Shown: positions 50,286 through 61,122, numbered from the stretch's first letter. The stretch: DNA of 64,000 nt from an uncultured Chroococcidiopsis sp. (GCA_964248365.1 CAXTYC010000004.1:1-64000); one strand, 5' to 3'. Numbers and translations: made by a program. Notes: generated by a model from the letters alone, not told the origin.

Positions 50286-51212
50286 ATGTCTGTCTCGTCT
50301 ACAAGTGCATCCAGCTTACTCAACCCTACCAATACTTGGATTTGGCAAGGATTTCCTATCTGCTATCAACAGCAAGGAGAATCGGGACCTGCTGTTGTAT
50401 TAGTGCATGGTTTTGGAGCTTCGTGGAGACATTGGCGTAAGAATATCCCATTTTTGGCAGAAACTTGTCGAGTATACGCCATTGACTTGATCGGCTTTGG
50501 TAATTCTGCTAAACCTATTCCAGGTGCTTTGCAACCAGGGGAGCGAATAGAGTACTCATTTGAAACTTGGGGACAGCAGATTGCTGATTTTTGCCGCGAG
50601 GTAGTTGGGGAACCAGTTGTTTTAGTGGGGAACTCGGTTGGTTGTATCGCAGTGATGCAAGCAGCAGTATATGCCCCAGATATGGCTTTGGGTGTTGCTA
50701 TGCTTAACTGTTCGCTACGATTGTTACACGATCGCAAGCGTGGCGGTTTGCCTTGGTATAGACGCTTTGGCGCACCTCTAGTACAACGCTTGTTAGCAGT
50801 CAAGCCAATCAGTCAATTCTTTTTCCAGCAACTTGCCAAGCCGAAAACGGTGCGGAAAATTCTCGCGCAGGCATATGCTCATCCTGAAGCAGTAACAGAT
50901 GAGTTAGTAGATATTCTCATGGCTCCTGCGAAAGATCCAGGCGCTGTGGCTGTATTTGTAGCCTTTACAGCTTATTCTCAAGGTCCATTACCTGAAGACT
51001 TGCTGCCGATTTTGCCTTGTCCTGCCATTCTACTATGGGGAACAGCCGATCCGTGGGAACCTGTAGATCTGGGGCGAGAGCTAGCTAAATTCCCCCAAGT
51101 ACAAAAATTTATTCCCCTAGAAGGTTTGGGGCATTGTCCTCAAGATGAAGCACCAGAAACGGTAAATCCAATCTTGCAAGATTGGATTCTACAGCAAGTG
51201 GCTAGTAGCTAG
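50286..51212 (+). CDS. Alpha/beta-fold hydrolase
   Basis: VHGFG, DLIGFG, GNSVG nucleophile elbow, GHCPQDE. Confidence 0.9.
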   Translation: MSVSSTSASSLLNPTNTWIWQGFPICYQQQGESGPAVVLVHGFGASWRHWRKNIPFLAETCRVYAIDLIGFGNSAKPIPGALQPGERIEYSFETWGQQIADFCREVVGEPVVLVGNSVGCIAVMQAAVYAPDMALGVAMLNCSLRLLHDRKRGGLPWYRRFGAPLVQRLLAVKPISQFFFQQLAKPKTVRKILAQAYAHPEAVTDELVDILMAPAKDPGAVAVFVAFTAYSQGPLPEDLLPILPCPAILLWGTADPWEPVDLGRELAKFPQVQKFIPLEGLGHCPQDEAPETVNPILQDWILQQVASS

Positions 51213-51262
51213 TGGCTGGTGGCTAGAGGAAGTATGAAGTATGAAGTATGAAGTCGGAATTA

Positions 51263-52696
51263 TTAATTCCTCATCTTCTTTGCTCCCCCAGCTTCCCCAG
51301 CTCCCTCAGCTCCTTTACGCAGCCAGTCTTTACCTAGCACAATTGTGACATCAGAATTGAGGTTTCCAGTGCTTTCAACTCGGACTTCGCCGAGATTTAG
51401 AATGTTGTGGATCGACTCGGCACTATTAGTATCACCTTGCTGGGCGACTATGTGAGTAACATCTAAGGGTTCAGACCAAGATTTAGAGATATAAGCATTG
51501 CGATAGCCTGCTTGTTGGAGGTTTTTAAGTAGCGATTGCACAGCCCCGTCGTCGCCTGTACTGTTAGCGATCGCTACTCTGATATTAGCCCGATCTGTTG
51601 CTGTTGATCCCCCTGGTGTAGAAACATCAAAGTATTGAGCCACCATAGTAGCAATGCGATCTTTGTCTGGCAACCAATAGCTAGTTTTATACTGCCTTGC
51701 TTCACTAAAGTGACCTGGTAGCATTAACATTTGCACGTTAGAGCGATTTGTTTGCACTCCAAAACTGGCTAGTGCCATTAACTCCTCCATCGACAAGTTA
51801 GTATCGATGTGGGATTGAATGACTGAAAGAATCTGAGGTGCGCGTGCTAAAGTAGCTGGGGAAAGCGTTTGTTCCATTAATGCCCGCATCAACATTTGCT
51901 GTCGCTGAATCCGCCCAATATCTCCATATGTATCGTGGCGAAAACGCAGTAATTGTAATACTTTGTCGCCGTCGAGATGTTGCTTTCCTGCTTTCAAATT
52001 GATGTATAGATGCTGGCTATCATCTTGATACTTCATGTCTTTGGGGACATAGACAGTCACACCACCTAAAGCATCAACTAGTTGTTGTACACCTTGGACA
52101 TTAATACGGATATAGCGATCGATTGCTACCCCATTTAAAAGTTCACTTGTAGTTTTAGCACTTAGCGGCGCACCTCCAACGGCATTAGCCTCATTAATTT
52201 TAGTAACACCACGTCCTTCAACAAAAGTGCGGGTATCTCTAGGAATTGACAGTGCAGTTAACTTCTTAGTTGTGGGATCAAACCGCAACAAAAGCATAGT
52301 GTCTGTAAGCCCCTCAAAGGAGTTTACCAACGCTTGGTATCTCAGATTTTTGTCTTCTGGGGGAGGATTACTAATGTCTGTAGTGAGAACTTTTGCTCCC
52401 AACACTAATATATTTACTGGACGAGTTAACTGTGTCATTCGCAAACCAGTCTGAGAAAAGCTTGCGCCTTGTCCACCAAAAATCGCTTGTTCCTCTGGAG
52501 AGAGTCGGCTTTGCATGAGCGGCTTAGTGGACAAAGAAACCGCTAAAAGCGCGCCAGCTGATGCTGACACGAGGGCAACGGTGGTAAGTATAAACCCTCT
52601 CCACAGCAAACGTTTAGTTTTGTTTGACAAAGAATGTTTCCTAAAATTTTTAGATGTACTTGTAGGATGGGAATTTTGGGGTGTAATTTTTTGCAC
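51263..52696 (-). CDS. LCP (LytR-CpsA-Psr) family protein with LytR C-terminal domain
   Basis: TDTMLL, SIPRDT, KINEA, RFRHD..GDIGRIQRQQ; C-terminal DVTIVLGKD. Confidence 0.92.
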   Translation of the reverse strand: MQKITPQNSHPTSTSKNFRKHSLSNKTKRLLWRGFILTTVALVSASAGALLAVSLSTKPLMQSRLSPEEQAIFGGQGASFSQTGLRMTQLTRPVNILVLGAKVLTTDISNPPPEDKNLRYQALVNSFEGLTDTMLLLRFDPTTKKLTALSIPRDTRTFVEGRGVTKINEANAVGGAPLSAKTTSELLNGVAIDRYIRINVQGVQQLVDALGGVTVYVPKDMKYQDDSQHLYINLKAGKQHLDGDKVLQLLRFRHDTYGDIGRIQRQQMLMRALMEQTLSPATLARAPQILSVIQSHIDTNLSMEELMALASFGVQTNRSNVQMLMLPGHFSEARQYKTSYWLPDKDRIATMVAQYFDVSTPGGSTATDRANIRVAIANSTGDDGAVQSLLKNLQQAGYRNAYISKSWSEPLDVTHIVAQQGDTNSAESIHNILNLGEVRVESTGNLNSDVTIVLGKDWLRKGAEGAGEAGGAKKMRN

Positions 52697-52974
52697 TGAT
52701 ACAACTTCCTCACACTTACACGGGGCAGCAATAAATTACTAAGTTTCTAGCATGAGATTACACAAACGTATACAAGCGCAGCTAGTTTTTTTTTCAAAGA
52801 TGTATTCTTTTTTAATGCTAGCGATTGACGTGTGTGACAGCTTTTACCCAAAAGTATCTGCTGCAAAGTCCTCAAGCTGCGCTCGAGTGCCGTTTACTTG
52901 GCGTTTTAACTAGCCTCTGGATTATTACTGATTTAGATAGAAAAAGAATTTTACTTTCTTTGAGCGCTATTTGG

Positions 52975-53532
52975 TTATGATAAGTGCTTGCCAATTACTC
53001 GTTGAGCCAGAGTAGTAAATCCTGGCAAGCGGACGGACTTACGCATCGCTAGACGAACCATCAACCAAATACTGACTAAAAAGTAACCAGATGTGAGGAA
53101 ACTATTTAGCACCAAAAGGCGCAGCGTCAAAAATTCCGACGTTTCCGCCCCAACATTCAACAACAGATAACCTAATAACCAAGCAAACGCCAAGGTAACA
53201 GACAAGCGACTAACGGCAAGTGAGGGGCTAGTGGAACCAGTGGGCTGGTGGCTAGAAGAAAGCTGAGGAAGCTGAGGAGGCTGAGGAGGCTGAGGGAGAA
53301 GTAATTGTGAATTATGAATTGTTTTGTCTTTCTTGTCTCCCGCTTCCTTTTGCTCCCCCAGCTCCCCCATCTCCCCCATCTCCCCAGTTCCAAGCCCCAA
53401 GCCCCTAGTCCCTCTATAGAGAGTCCACAGGGAAGGGAAGAAGCCCAGAATGGGAATTAGATAGAAAAATAAATATAAGTGCTTGAGGTCTGAATTTTCT
53501 AGGGGTTCGGTACTTTGTTCAATGTTTTTCAT
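52975..53532 (-). CDS. Hypothetical membrane protein with an in-frame repeat-derived loop
   Basis: LIPILGFFPSLWTLY and SRLSVTLA..W TM segments flank a low-complexity insert. Confidence 0.65.
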   Translation of the reverse strand: MKNIEQSTEPLENSDLKHLYLFFYLIPILGFFPSLWTLYRGTRGLGLGTGEMGEMGELGEQKEAGDKKDKTIHNSQLLLPQPPQPPQLPQLSSSHQPTGSTSPSLAVSRLSVTLAFAWLLGYLLLNVGAETSEFLTLRLLVLNSFLTSGYFLVSIWLMVRLAMRKSVRLPGFTTLAQRVIGKHLS

Positions 53533-53639
53533 AGTTGATTTGCACGAATCCTAAGCTAGGAGGATGAGTTTAGGGTGTGGAGTTAGAGATAATAAGCAGC
53601 AAGGGAAATTTTGAGTTAGGTTGATCCCACACAAGGCAA

Positions 53640-54872
53640 ATGCAAAAACGCATAATCCTCGAATGGTGGCAGACAATGACACCTTTAGCGCGATTTCTAG
53701 CGCTCGCGCTGTTGGCTCCGCTGCTAGTACTAAATGCTTGGGCAATTTCTTCAATTTTTGATTACTTCCGCTCACTGATTGTTATTTTAGTCGCAGCCTC
53801 TCTGCTAGCATTTTTGCTCAATTATCCGGTTAGCTGGATGGAACGACAAGGAGCAAGGCGAGGGCAAGTCGCTGTCCTTGTATTTTTGCTAGCTTTATCA
53901 ATTTTGTTAGCATTGGGTGTAACACTTGTTCCTCTTGTACTTATCCAGGCACAGCAACTAGTTTTGCGTTTGCCAGAGTGGATTGACTCTGGACGCTATC
54001 AGCTAATGTTGTTAAACGAGTGGGCTGACAATCAAGGCTTTCCGCTTAACCTTGATGCCTTGGTGGTACAAATTAACGATCGCTTAAAGGGACAATTACA
54101 GGGGATCGCTCTCCAAGTCTTGAATCTAGCCGTAGTTACAGTTACTAGCCTCCTAGACTTTGCCCTAACGATGATTTTGACATTTTGGCTATTGCAGCAA
54201 GGCGATCGCCTCTGGCAAAGTTTAATCCAATGGCTACCTGCTAAAATCCAAGAGCCTTTTTCCGAAACATTACGCTTGAGCTTTCAAAATTTCTTTATTG
54301 TGCAATTGATTTACGGCACTTGCATGGCTTGTGTCCTGATTCCCACTTTTTTATGGCTCAAAGTGCCGTTTGGTTTGCTTTTTGGCTTGACTATTGGCAT
54401 TATGGCTCTAGTCCCCTTTGGCGGCACTGTAGGCATTGTCCTAACTACTCTGCTGGTAGCACTGCAAAATGTATGGCTAGGCATCAAAGTCTTAATCGTT
54501 TCTGTTGTTGCCCAGCAAGTGCTTGAAAACGTGGTGACACCCCGCATTTTGGGTAATTTTACTGGTTTAAGTCCGATTTGGATACTGATTTCGCTTTTGA
54601 CAGGAGCCAGAATCGGTGGGCTTTTGGGTGTGATTGTCGCAGTACCAACAGCTGTTGTAGTCAAAACAGCCTTGAGTGCCGTGCGTTCTAATCATCCTTC
54701 TGAAAAAGCATTGCCCACTATTGAATTAAGCTCAACTGCCAATCAGCCTACAGGAGAAGTAACCCAACCAGCAAAAGAAGGAACTCATCATGATTCCCCT
54801 CACCCTACAGTCGAGGTGAAGCAAAAAAAATCAGTTGATGACTTTCCCTCAGAAACGTCTTACCCAGCCTGA
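53640..54872 (+). CDS. AI-2E family transporter
   Basis: LAFLLNYPV, LVPFGG, ENVVTPRILG, GGLLGVIVAVP. Confidence 0.9.
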   Translation: MQKRIILEWWQTMTPLARFLALALLAPLLVLNAWAISSIFDYFRSLIVILVAASLLAFLLNYPVSWMERQGARRGQVAVLVFLLALSILLALGVTLVPLVLIQAQQLVLRLPEWIDSGRYQLMLLNEWADNQGFPLNLDALVVQINDRLKGQLQGIALQVLNLAVVTVTSLLDFALTMILTFWLLQQGDRLWQSLIQWLPAKIQEPFSETLRLSFQNFFIVQLIYGTCMACVLIPTFLWLKVPFGLLFGLTIGIMALVPFGGTVGIVLTTLLVALQNVWLGIKVLIVSVVAQQVLENVVTPRILGNFTGLSPIWILISLLTGARIGGLLGVIVAVPTAVVVKTALSAVRSNHPSEKALPTIELSSTANQPTGEVTQPAKEGTHHDSPHPTVEVKQKKSVDDFPSETSYPA

Positions 54873-55004
54873 ATAATGAATGATAAATTAGGAGTCTCCA
54901 AGCCCCACGTCAGGAGTTCTGGAGTTCTGGAGACAGAAGACAGAATATTTAATTCTTCATCTCCCCCTGCTCCCAAAGCGCGAACCTGCCCCTCTGCCCT
55001 CTTC

Positions 55005-56342
55005 TTACGGATCTACAATTGAACCCATAAACAAAACTGTTCCAGTTTGATTATCTCGAATCGCACAAAAGAAGGGGCGGTTAACAGTCATCTGAAATGG
55101 TTTTGGAGGCATAGCAGATACTAACACTACTCCCACTGAAGTCGCCCCCGCAGCTTCTGTCCCTTCTTCATTGATTTCGACAAAGGTTTTATGCTTGACT
55201 TCACTAATTGCTAAATCGTCAGCAATACCGGAAAAATCGGCTTTAGGATCAAAAGCTACTTCCATTCCTAATAGTTTTAGTGTATCATTTAGTGTTAATT
55301 CATAATCCATTTTGAAACGGGGTAACTGGATCGAGCCTTGCCTATTTCTAAAAGAGTTCATCCATGTTTCCCAATTCTCAGCATTTAGCTCCAGGTAAAA
55401 ATCTGTAAGACTATAGTTTTGCTCAGGTAAAAAAACATATAAACTTAGCTTACCATCATTGCCATAGGGTAGACTAACTGCTTGAAACTTTTCGTTTTCG
55501 TAGTATGTGTATTCTCCCTTTTGGGACATCAATGGATGCTGTTTCTGTTTGCCGGATGTTAGGTAAAACGGCTGTTGAGTTGTTTGATTTTTGTCAAACT
55601 CTTGTATCCATTTACCTTTGAAGTAAATCGCATTGATTAAAAACAGCCCATCATCAGGATTAATTTGCTGTACAATTTGATTAATTTTGCCCCTTGTACT
55701 TTGGCTTACCCAATCATTAATAACGTTGACAGCAGCTGGATCTTTAAAGTCTAGATTTGCGATCTTTGCCAGGTAGAAATCCTGGTTTCGTTGTAAGAAG
55801 TCTGGTTTAAAGTTTACACCTTGCCTTGCCCACACAGAGTTAGCAACAGTTAGCTGCACGTTGTCGTCGCTATTTTGCACTGCTGCGATTAAAGCGGCAT
55901 TAGCGGCATTAATATCTGGTAAACTTATTCCTTGTAACTCCAGAGTTTTAGCCATTGCCTGTCTAGTTTCACCCCTCGCCCCGTTGTAGATCATAGCTAG
56001 AGCGATCGCAAAACTAGTAGGAGAAATAAAAATATTCTCGCTGCTATGGGATTTGAGCATCTCCGAAAACAGCTTGAATCCAAATCGGGTATTAGCACTA
56101 ACTACCTTTGTATCCACTTGGGGCGATGTTAATTGGGCATAGTTAAGTGATTCTTGAGGTGATTCTAGGCGCTGGGAAGGTAAAGCTTGGGCAACAGATG
56201 AATTGATACTATCAAGCTTTGAGCAGCCACCCATCCCTAGAATAATAACGCTAGCTGCTGTACTAACGTAGCGTCTACCCAGGCGAATGGCATAGCGTCT
56301 TAGCCGGAAATTCGCTGTCGTCCTACTATCCTGATAATTCAT
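55005..56342 (-). CDS. Serpin (serine protease inhibitor), probably a lipoprotein
   Basis: NIFISP, NAIYFKGKW, LPRFK, hinge EEGTEAAGAT, VNRPFF; lipobox-like LGMGGC. Confidence 0.93.
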   Translation of the reverse strand: MNYQDSRTTANFRLRRYAIRLGRRYVSTAASVIILGMGGCSKLDSINSSVAQALPSQRLESPQESLNYAQLTSPQVDTKVVSANTRFGFKLFSEMLKSHSSENIFISPTSFAIALAMIYNGARGETRQAMAKTLELQGISLPDINAANAALIAAVQNSDDNVQLTVANSVWARQGVNFKPDFLQRNQDFYLAKIANLDFKDPAAVNVINDWVSQSTRGKINQIVQQINPDDGLFLINAIYFKGKWIQEFDKNQTTQQPFYLTSGKQKQHPLMSQKGEYTYYENEKFQAVSLPYGNDGKLSLYVFLPEQNYSLTDFYLELNAENWETWMNSFRNRQGSIQLPRFKMDYELTLNDTLKLLGMEVAFDPKADFSGIADDLAISEVKHKTFVEINEEGTEAAGATSVGVVLVSAMPPKPFQMTVNRPFFCAIRDNQTGTVLFMGSIVDP

Positions 56343-56632
56343 CGTTTCCCTTGATTACCAAACCAGTTTATACCCACCGATAGATTCCAATTCATCAGAT
56401 ATCTATGTGTATGTGTTTCTATCTGTGGTTAGACTTATCAATTCTTTACTATGGCATCTCAGGTATAACAATCTAATGCGGTTACAGTTTTAGCAACAGC
56501 ATTACTAGGGGCTAGGGGCTAGGGGCTAGGGGGAGCAGGGGAGCAGGGGAGTATTTCTGAGTACTTCTCCTTGTCCCCTTGTCCCCTTGTCCCCTTCTGT
56601 TCTTCTAGCCCCTAGCCTCTAGCCTCTAGCCT

Positions 56633-57634
56633 CTAGAATTGCTGCAAAAAGCGAATATCGCTGCTATATAAGCGGCGAATATCGTCAATTTGGTGTAACA
56701 CCATTGCCAATCGTTCTACACCAAAACCCGCAGCAAACCCTGTATAAACTTCAGAGTCATAACCGACTGCTTTGAAGACATTGGGATCGATCATGCCACA
56801 ACCCATAATTTCCAACCAGCGCCCTTTCCATTGCACATCTACCTCAGCTGAGGGTTCAGTGAAGGGGAAATAACTAGCGCGGAAGCGAATTGGCACATCA
56901 CCAAACAATTCCTGCAAAAATAGTTTAATTGTGCCTTTGAGATCAGTAAATGTTAGCCCCTCGTCAACGGCAAAAATTTCAATTTGATGAAAGACGGCTG
57001 CATGAGTCGCATCTACCGTATCGCGGCGATAGCATCGCCCTGGAACTGCAACTCGCACTGGAGGTTCGTTATCCTCCATGTAGCGAATTTGAGTATTTGA
57101 AGTGTGAGTTCGCAGCAGATTTCCGTCAGGGAGATACAGCGTATCCTGCATATCACGAGCGGGGTGATCTGGCAAGAAATTGAGCGCCTCAAAATTGTAA
57201 TAGTCTGTTTCAATTTCAGGTCCAGTCGCCACTGTGTAGCCCAGACCGATGAAGATATCTAATACACGGTCAATAGTACTGTTAAGCGGGTGAGTGCGAC
57301 CCAGGGGGCGATAAACTCCAGGCATTGTCACATCTAGAGTTTCGGTCTCCAGTTTTGCTTGAAGTTTCGCTGCTTGTAGAAGAGTGCGTTGGTGTTCTAA
57401 ATCTGCTTGCAGTGCTTCTTTGACTGTATTAGCGATCGCCCCAATTTTCGGACGTTCTTCTGCCGACATCTGACCCATACTTCGCAGCAGTGCTGACAAC
57501 TGACCCTTCTTACCCAGGTAAAATACTCTGAGTTCCTCTAGGCGTTCTAGGGTATCGGCAGCGGCGATCGTTCGTTGCGCTTCCTGTCGTAGTGCTTCCA
57601 GTTGAGCCGCTAAATTGCTAGGCTGATCGGTCAT
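56633..57634 (-). CDS. pheS: Phenylalanine--tRNA ligase alpha subunit
   Basis: [36 protein letters not shown]. Confidence 0.98.
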   Translation of the reverse strand: MTDQPSNLAAQLEALRQEAQRTIAAADTLERLEELRVFYLGKKGQLSALLRSMGQMSAEERPKIGAIANTVKEALQADLEHQRTLLQAAKLQAKLETETLDVTMPGVYRPLGRTHPLNSTIDRVLDIFIGLGYTVATGPEIETDYYNFEALNFLPDHPARDMQDTLYLPDGNLLRTHTSNTQIRYMEDNEPPVRVAVPGRCYRRDTVDATHAAVFHQIEIFAVDEGLTFTDLKGTIKLFLQELFGDVPIRFRASYFPFTEPSAEVDVQWKGRWLEIMGCGMIDPNVFKAVGYDSEVYTGFAAGFGVERLAMVLHQIDDIRRLYSSDIRFLQQF

Positions 57635-57863
57635 GCTCGTTAGTTGTCAACAGTGATTCTAGAATATCTGGCTGCGTTAAAAAACGCATTCTATCATACC
57701 AGTTTAATTGAAGTGTGAAGGTGAAAAGGGAAAAGGGAAAAGGAAATCAGTTACCAGTTACCAGTTACCAGTTACCAGCTCCCCTTTTGCCCCTCTCCCA
57801 CTCTCCCCCTCTCCCTAGTCCCCAGCCTCTAGCCCCTAGCCCCTAGCCCCAGCACCCCTAGTA

Positions 57864-58661
57864 ATGAAATTACTTATTAGCAACGACGATGGAATTTTTG
57901 CCCCTGGTGTACGCAGCTTAGCCGATGGCTTAGCAGCAGCAGGTCATGATGTTTCTGTGGTTTGTCCAGATCGAGAAAGATCCGCTACTGGACACGGTTT
58001 GACCCTGCATCAACCGATTCGTGCCGAAATTATTGAATCAGTTTTTCACCCTAGCATCAAAGCTTGGGCGTGTTCTGGCACTCCTTCGGATTGCGTTAAG
58101 CTAGCAGTTTGGGCTTTGCTTGAGTGTCCCCCTGATCTTGTGCTTTCTGGAATTAATCAAGGGGCAAATTTGGGTACTGATATTTTGTATTCTGGAACCG
58201 TGTCAGCAGCAATGGAAGGCGTGATAGAACGCATTCCTAGTATTGCTTTGAGCTTGACTAGTTTTACTTCTAAAGACTTTCAAGCTGGTGTAGCCTTTGC
58301 TCAATGGCTGGTTGCTCAGCTAGCAAATGATCCTCTGCCAGAACTAATGTTACTTAATGTCAATGTACCTGCTGTGAAGTTAGAAGAAATTGCTGGGGTT
58401 GTCCTCACTCGTCAGGGAGTGCGCCGCTACGTCGATGTGTTTGAAAAACGAGTCGATCCGCGCGGTAAAACTTATTATTGGTTAGCAGGAGAGTTACTAG
58501 AGGATGTTGAACCAGAGCAAGGGTTACATTTACCTCAAGACATCCCTACCGATGTAGAAGCAATTCGCCACAATTACATTACCGTAACACCGTTGCAATA
58601 TAACCTAACTTATGCATCTGGGCTGAATCAATTAGGCAAATGGAAATTTAATTTTCCTTAA
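57864..58661 (+). CDS. surE: 5'/3'-nucleotidase SurE
   Basis: [27 protein letters not shown]. Confidence 0.97.
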   Translation: MKLLISNDDGIFAPGVRSLADGLAAAGHDVSVVCPDRERSATGHGLTLHQPIRAEIIESVFHPSIKAWACSGTPSDCVKLAVWALLECPPDLVLSGINQGANLGTDILYSGTVSAAMEGVIERIPSIALSLTSFTSKDFQAGVAFAQWLVAQLANDPLPELMLLNVNVPAVKLEEIAGVVLTRQGVRRYVDVFEKRVDPRGKTYYWLAGELLEDVEPEQGLHLPQDIPTDVEAIRHNYITVTPLQYNLTYASGLNQLGKWKFNFP

Positions 58662-58765
58662 AAAAGCGGTGACTCGTGACTCGTGAGGGCGTGAGTGGGA
58701 GAATTGTTAATTTATACTTTTTGCATTCATCCTTTGTCCCTTTTCCCGCAATCCCATTTCCCAAA

Positions 58766-58818
58766 ACTGGTAACTGGTAACTGGTAACTGGTAACTGGTA
58801 ACTGGTAACTGGTAACTG
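58766..58818. repeat. Heptamer tandem repeat (STRR-type, AACTGGT x about 7)
   Basis: Direct tandem repeat; the complementary run GTTACCA lies near 57750-57778, on the other side of surE. Confidence 0.85.
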
Positions 58819-58870
58819 ATTTCCTTTTCCCTTTTCCCTTTTTTCCGATCTATGTGTCAAAATGTAAAGC

Positions 58871-60043
58871 GTGAGGGTTACTTACTCTACTGCTAAGGCT
58901 TTAATTCCAACCGCTGTTGCCCTGGGAAATTTTGACGGTCTGCATCGTGGGCATCAGCGGGTAATTCAGCCTGTTTTGAAAACGAGGCAAGTTGCCCCAG
59001 ATAAGTTGCCCCAGGTGGGAGAACTTCCTAACTGGGAAGAACACGTCCAGGCTACAGTTGTCACCTTTAATCCCCACCCGCAGGAGTTTTTTTCTGGGCA
59101 ACCCCGTGCTTTGTTGACACCTTTGGAAGAGAAAGCACAGCAGCTATCGTGTTGGGGTATAGAACAGTTGGTATTATTGCCCTTTGACCGAGAATTGGCT
59201 GCTTTAAGTCCACAAGATTTTGTGGAAAAGATTTTGGTGCAACAGTTGCATACTCAAATGATTAGTGTGGGAGAAGATTTTTGCTTTGGTAAGGGGCGCA
59301 GTGGAACTGCTACTGATTTACAAGCGATCGCCTCTAACTTCGGCATTCCTGTCACCATTGTACCAAATTTTACCTGTCTAGGCGATCGCATCAGTAGTTC
59401 TGCTATTCGCCATGCTTTGACCGAGGGCAATTTGCAACGCGCTAAACAACTGTTAGACCGTCCTTATATCCTCACGGGAATCGTTGTTAAAGGACAGCAA
59501 CTGGGTAGAACCATCGGCTTTCCCACAGCCAACATCCAGCTACCACCTGACAAGTTTATCCCTCGCCAAGGTGTCTACGCTGTAAGAGTATTTATTGAAG
59601 GTGAAAGGCAGAGGAGCAGGGGAGCAGAGGGGCAGGGGAGCAGAGGGGCAGGGGAGCAGAGGGGCAGGGGAGAGATTATAATCCAAAATCCGATCCCCCC
59701 TGCCCCCCTTAAAAAGGGGGAATCTAAAATCCAAAATTCTTCTAGCCTCCAGCCTCTAGCCTCTAGCCCCTCCTCTTCTAGCCTCCAGCCCCTGGGCATT
59801 GGTGTAATGAATATTGGCATTCGTCCTACAGTTAATGGTAACAGTCAATCTGTAGAAATACATTTGTTGAACTGGTCGGGCCATTTATATGGAAAAACCT
59901 TAACAGTAGAATTAGAAGAATTTTTGCGACCAGAACAAAAATTCGCTTCTTTAGAAGAACTGAAAGCACAAATTAATACCGATTGTGCTAAAGCTAAATC
60001 GCTGCTGGGGGAACAGTCGGGCGATTATCAGCAAGTGATTTGA
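58871..60043 (+). CDS. ribF: Bifunctional riboflavin kinase / FAD synthetase
   Basis: GNFDGLHRGH, ISSSAIR, GRTIGFPTAN, NIGIRPTV, EIHL, LRPEQKF; contains an insert of about 65 aa made of repeats. Confidence 0.95.
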   Translation: MRVTYSTAKALIPTAVALGNFDGLHRGHQRVIQPVLKTRQVAPDKLPQVGELPNWEEHVQATVVTFNPHPQEFFSGQPRALLTPLEEKAQQLSCWGIEQLVLLPFDRELAALSPQDFVEKILVQQLHTQMISVGEDFCFGKGRSGTATDLQAIASNFGIPVTIVPNFTCLGDRISSSAIRHALTEGNLQRAKQLLDRPYILTGIVVKGQQLGRTIGFPTANIQLPPDKFIPRQGVYAVRVFIEGERQRSRGAEGQGSRGAGEQRGRGEIIIQNPIPPAPLKKGESKIQNSSSLQPLASSPSSSSLQPLGIGVMNIGIRPTVNGNSQSVEIHLLNWSGHLYGKTLTVELEEFLRPEQKFASLEELKAQINTDCAKAKSLLGEQSGDYQQVI

Positions 60044-60263
60044 TCTTGTATATCATAGAGGGTTAAAGGCGATCGCGCTCGATTTTAGCCAGGATTTCCG
60101 CGTATTGACGCATTGCACTTCGTTATAGTACACAAAGCTTGTTTGTATTAAATATTACTAAGCTTTTTTTCATAAACTCATCCTCTGGGGGGGTATTAAG
60201 TGAGTTGGGTTGAGTTAAGTTTTACTGAATAAAGTGATCTTTTTGCAGATATGAGGTAATAAG

Positions 60264-61037
60264 ATGGACGGAACAACAAAGCTTTGGCTTTGGATCGGCT
60301 GTATTGGCATGACTATAGGGGCAGTAATATTTGGTTCAAAAGCAGCGTCAATGCGGAAGAAAGAAGGGATGGAGTTTCCCCTAGAAAGCTTCTTCATCAC
60401 CCTTGTAGCGGCAACAATGTACCTAACAATGGCGCTTGGCGAAACGGTAACACCAGTGAAGGGACAAGAAGTTTTCTGGGGACGTTATATAGACTGGTCT
60501 ATTACTACTCCCCTACTTTTGCTCGAACTTGGTGTAATAGCTGGGTTACGCCCGAAATTGATTATAGGCGTAATAGGGGCAGATCTCTTCATGATCTTGA
60601 CTGGTATGATAGCCGCCTTTGAATCACGACCTAATAACTACATTTGGTACATAATTAGCTGTGGTGCTTTCCTAGCTATCCTCGTATCACTGCTGAGTGA
60701 GTTTACCGCCAGTGCAGCTAGACGAAACCATAAGGTAAACAATTTATTCAATACGCTACGAAATGTATTGATAGTTTTATGGTTTTGTTACCCGATTGTT
60801 TGGATATTCGGGGCTGAAGGGTTTAAATATATTCCTACTGGTACTGAGACAGCACTGTATGCAATTCTAGATCTGTGTGCCAAAGTTGGCTTTGGTTTCA
60901 TTGTCAATTCGGCTCACTCTGACACTCTAGCAGAAGCCAGTAACACCCACAGCTTCATGGAAGCGGTTCATTCATATATGGGCAAAGGCAGCAGAGAAAG
61001 AGAAAGAGAAATGGAAAGACAAAGAGAATATACCTAA
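60264..61037 (+). CDS. Microbial rhodopsin, cyanorhodopsin-like DTE-motif outward proton pump
   Basis: Seven TM; helix C RYIDWSITTPLLLLE (BR positions R82/D85/T89/D96 are R/D/T/E); helix F WFCYPIVW; GAEG and TET (E194/E204 equivalents); helix G DLCAK retinal lysine. Confidence 0.92.
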   Translation: MDGTTKLWLWIGCIGMTIGAVIFGSKAASMRKKEGMEFPLESFFITLVAATMYLTMALGETVTPVKGQEVFWGRYIDWSITTPLLLLELGVIAGLRPKLIIGVIGADLFMILTGMIAAFESRPNNYIWYIISCGAFLAILVSLLSEFTASAARRNHKVNNLFNTLRNVLIVLWFCYPIVWIFGAEGFKYIPTGTETALYAILDLCAKVGFGFIVNSAHSDTLAEASNTHSFMEAVHSYMGKGSREREREMERQREYT

Positions 61038-61066
61038 TAATAGGTTGTGTAATAGGTGTCAGATGC

Positions 61067-61110
61067 AAAACGCAGCTTTGCGTGTAACGGTAAAAGCTGT
61101 GTTTTGTTTT
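61067..61110 (+). terminator. Stem-loop with T-rich tail after the rhodopsin gene
   Basis: AAAACGCAGCTTT...AAAGCTGTGTTTT-GTTTT. Confidence 0.45.
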
Positions 61111-61122
61111 CGTTGAAATCGG

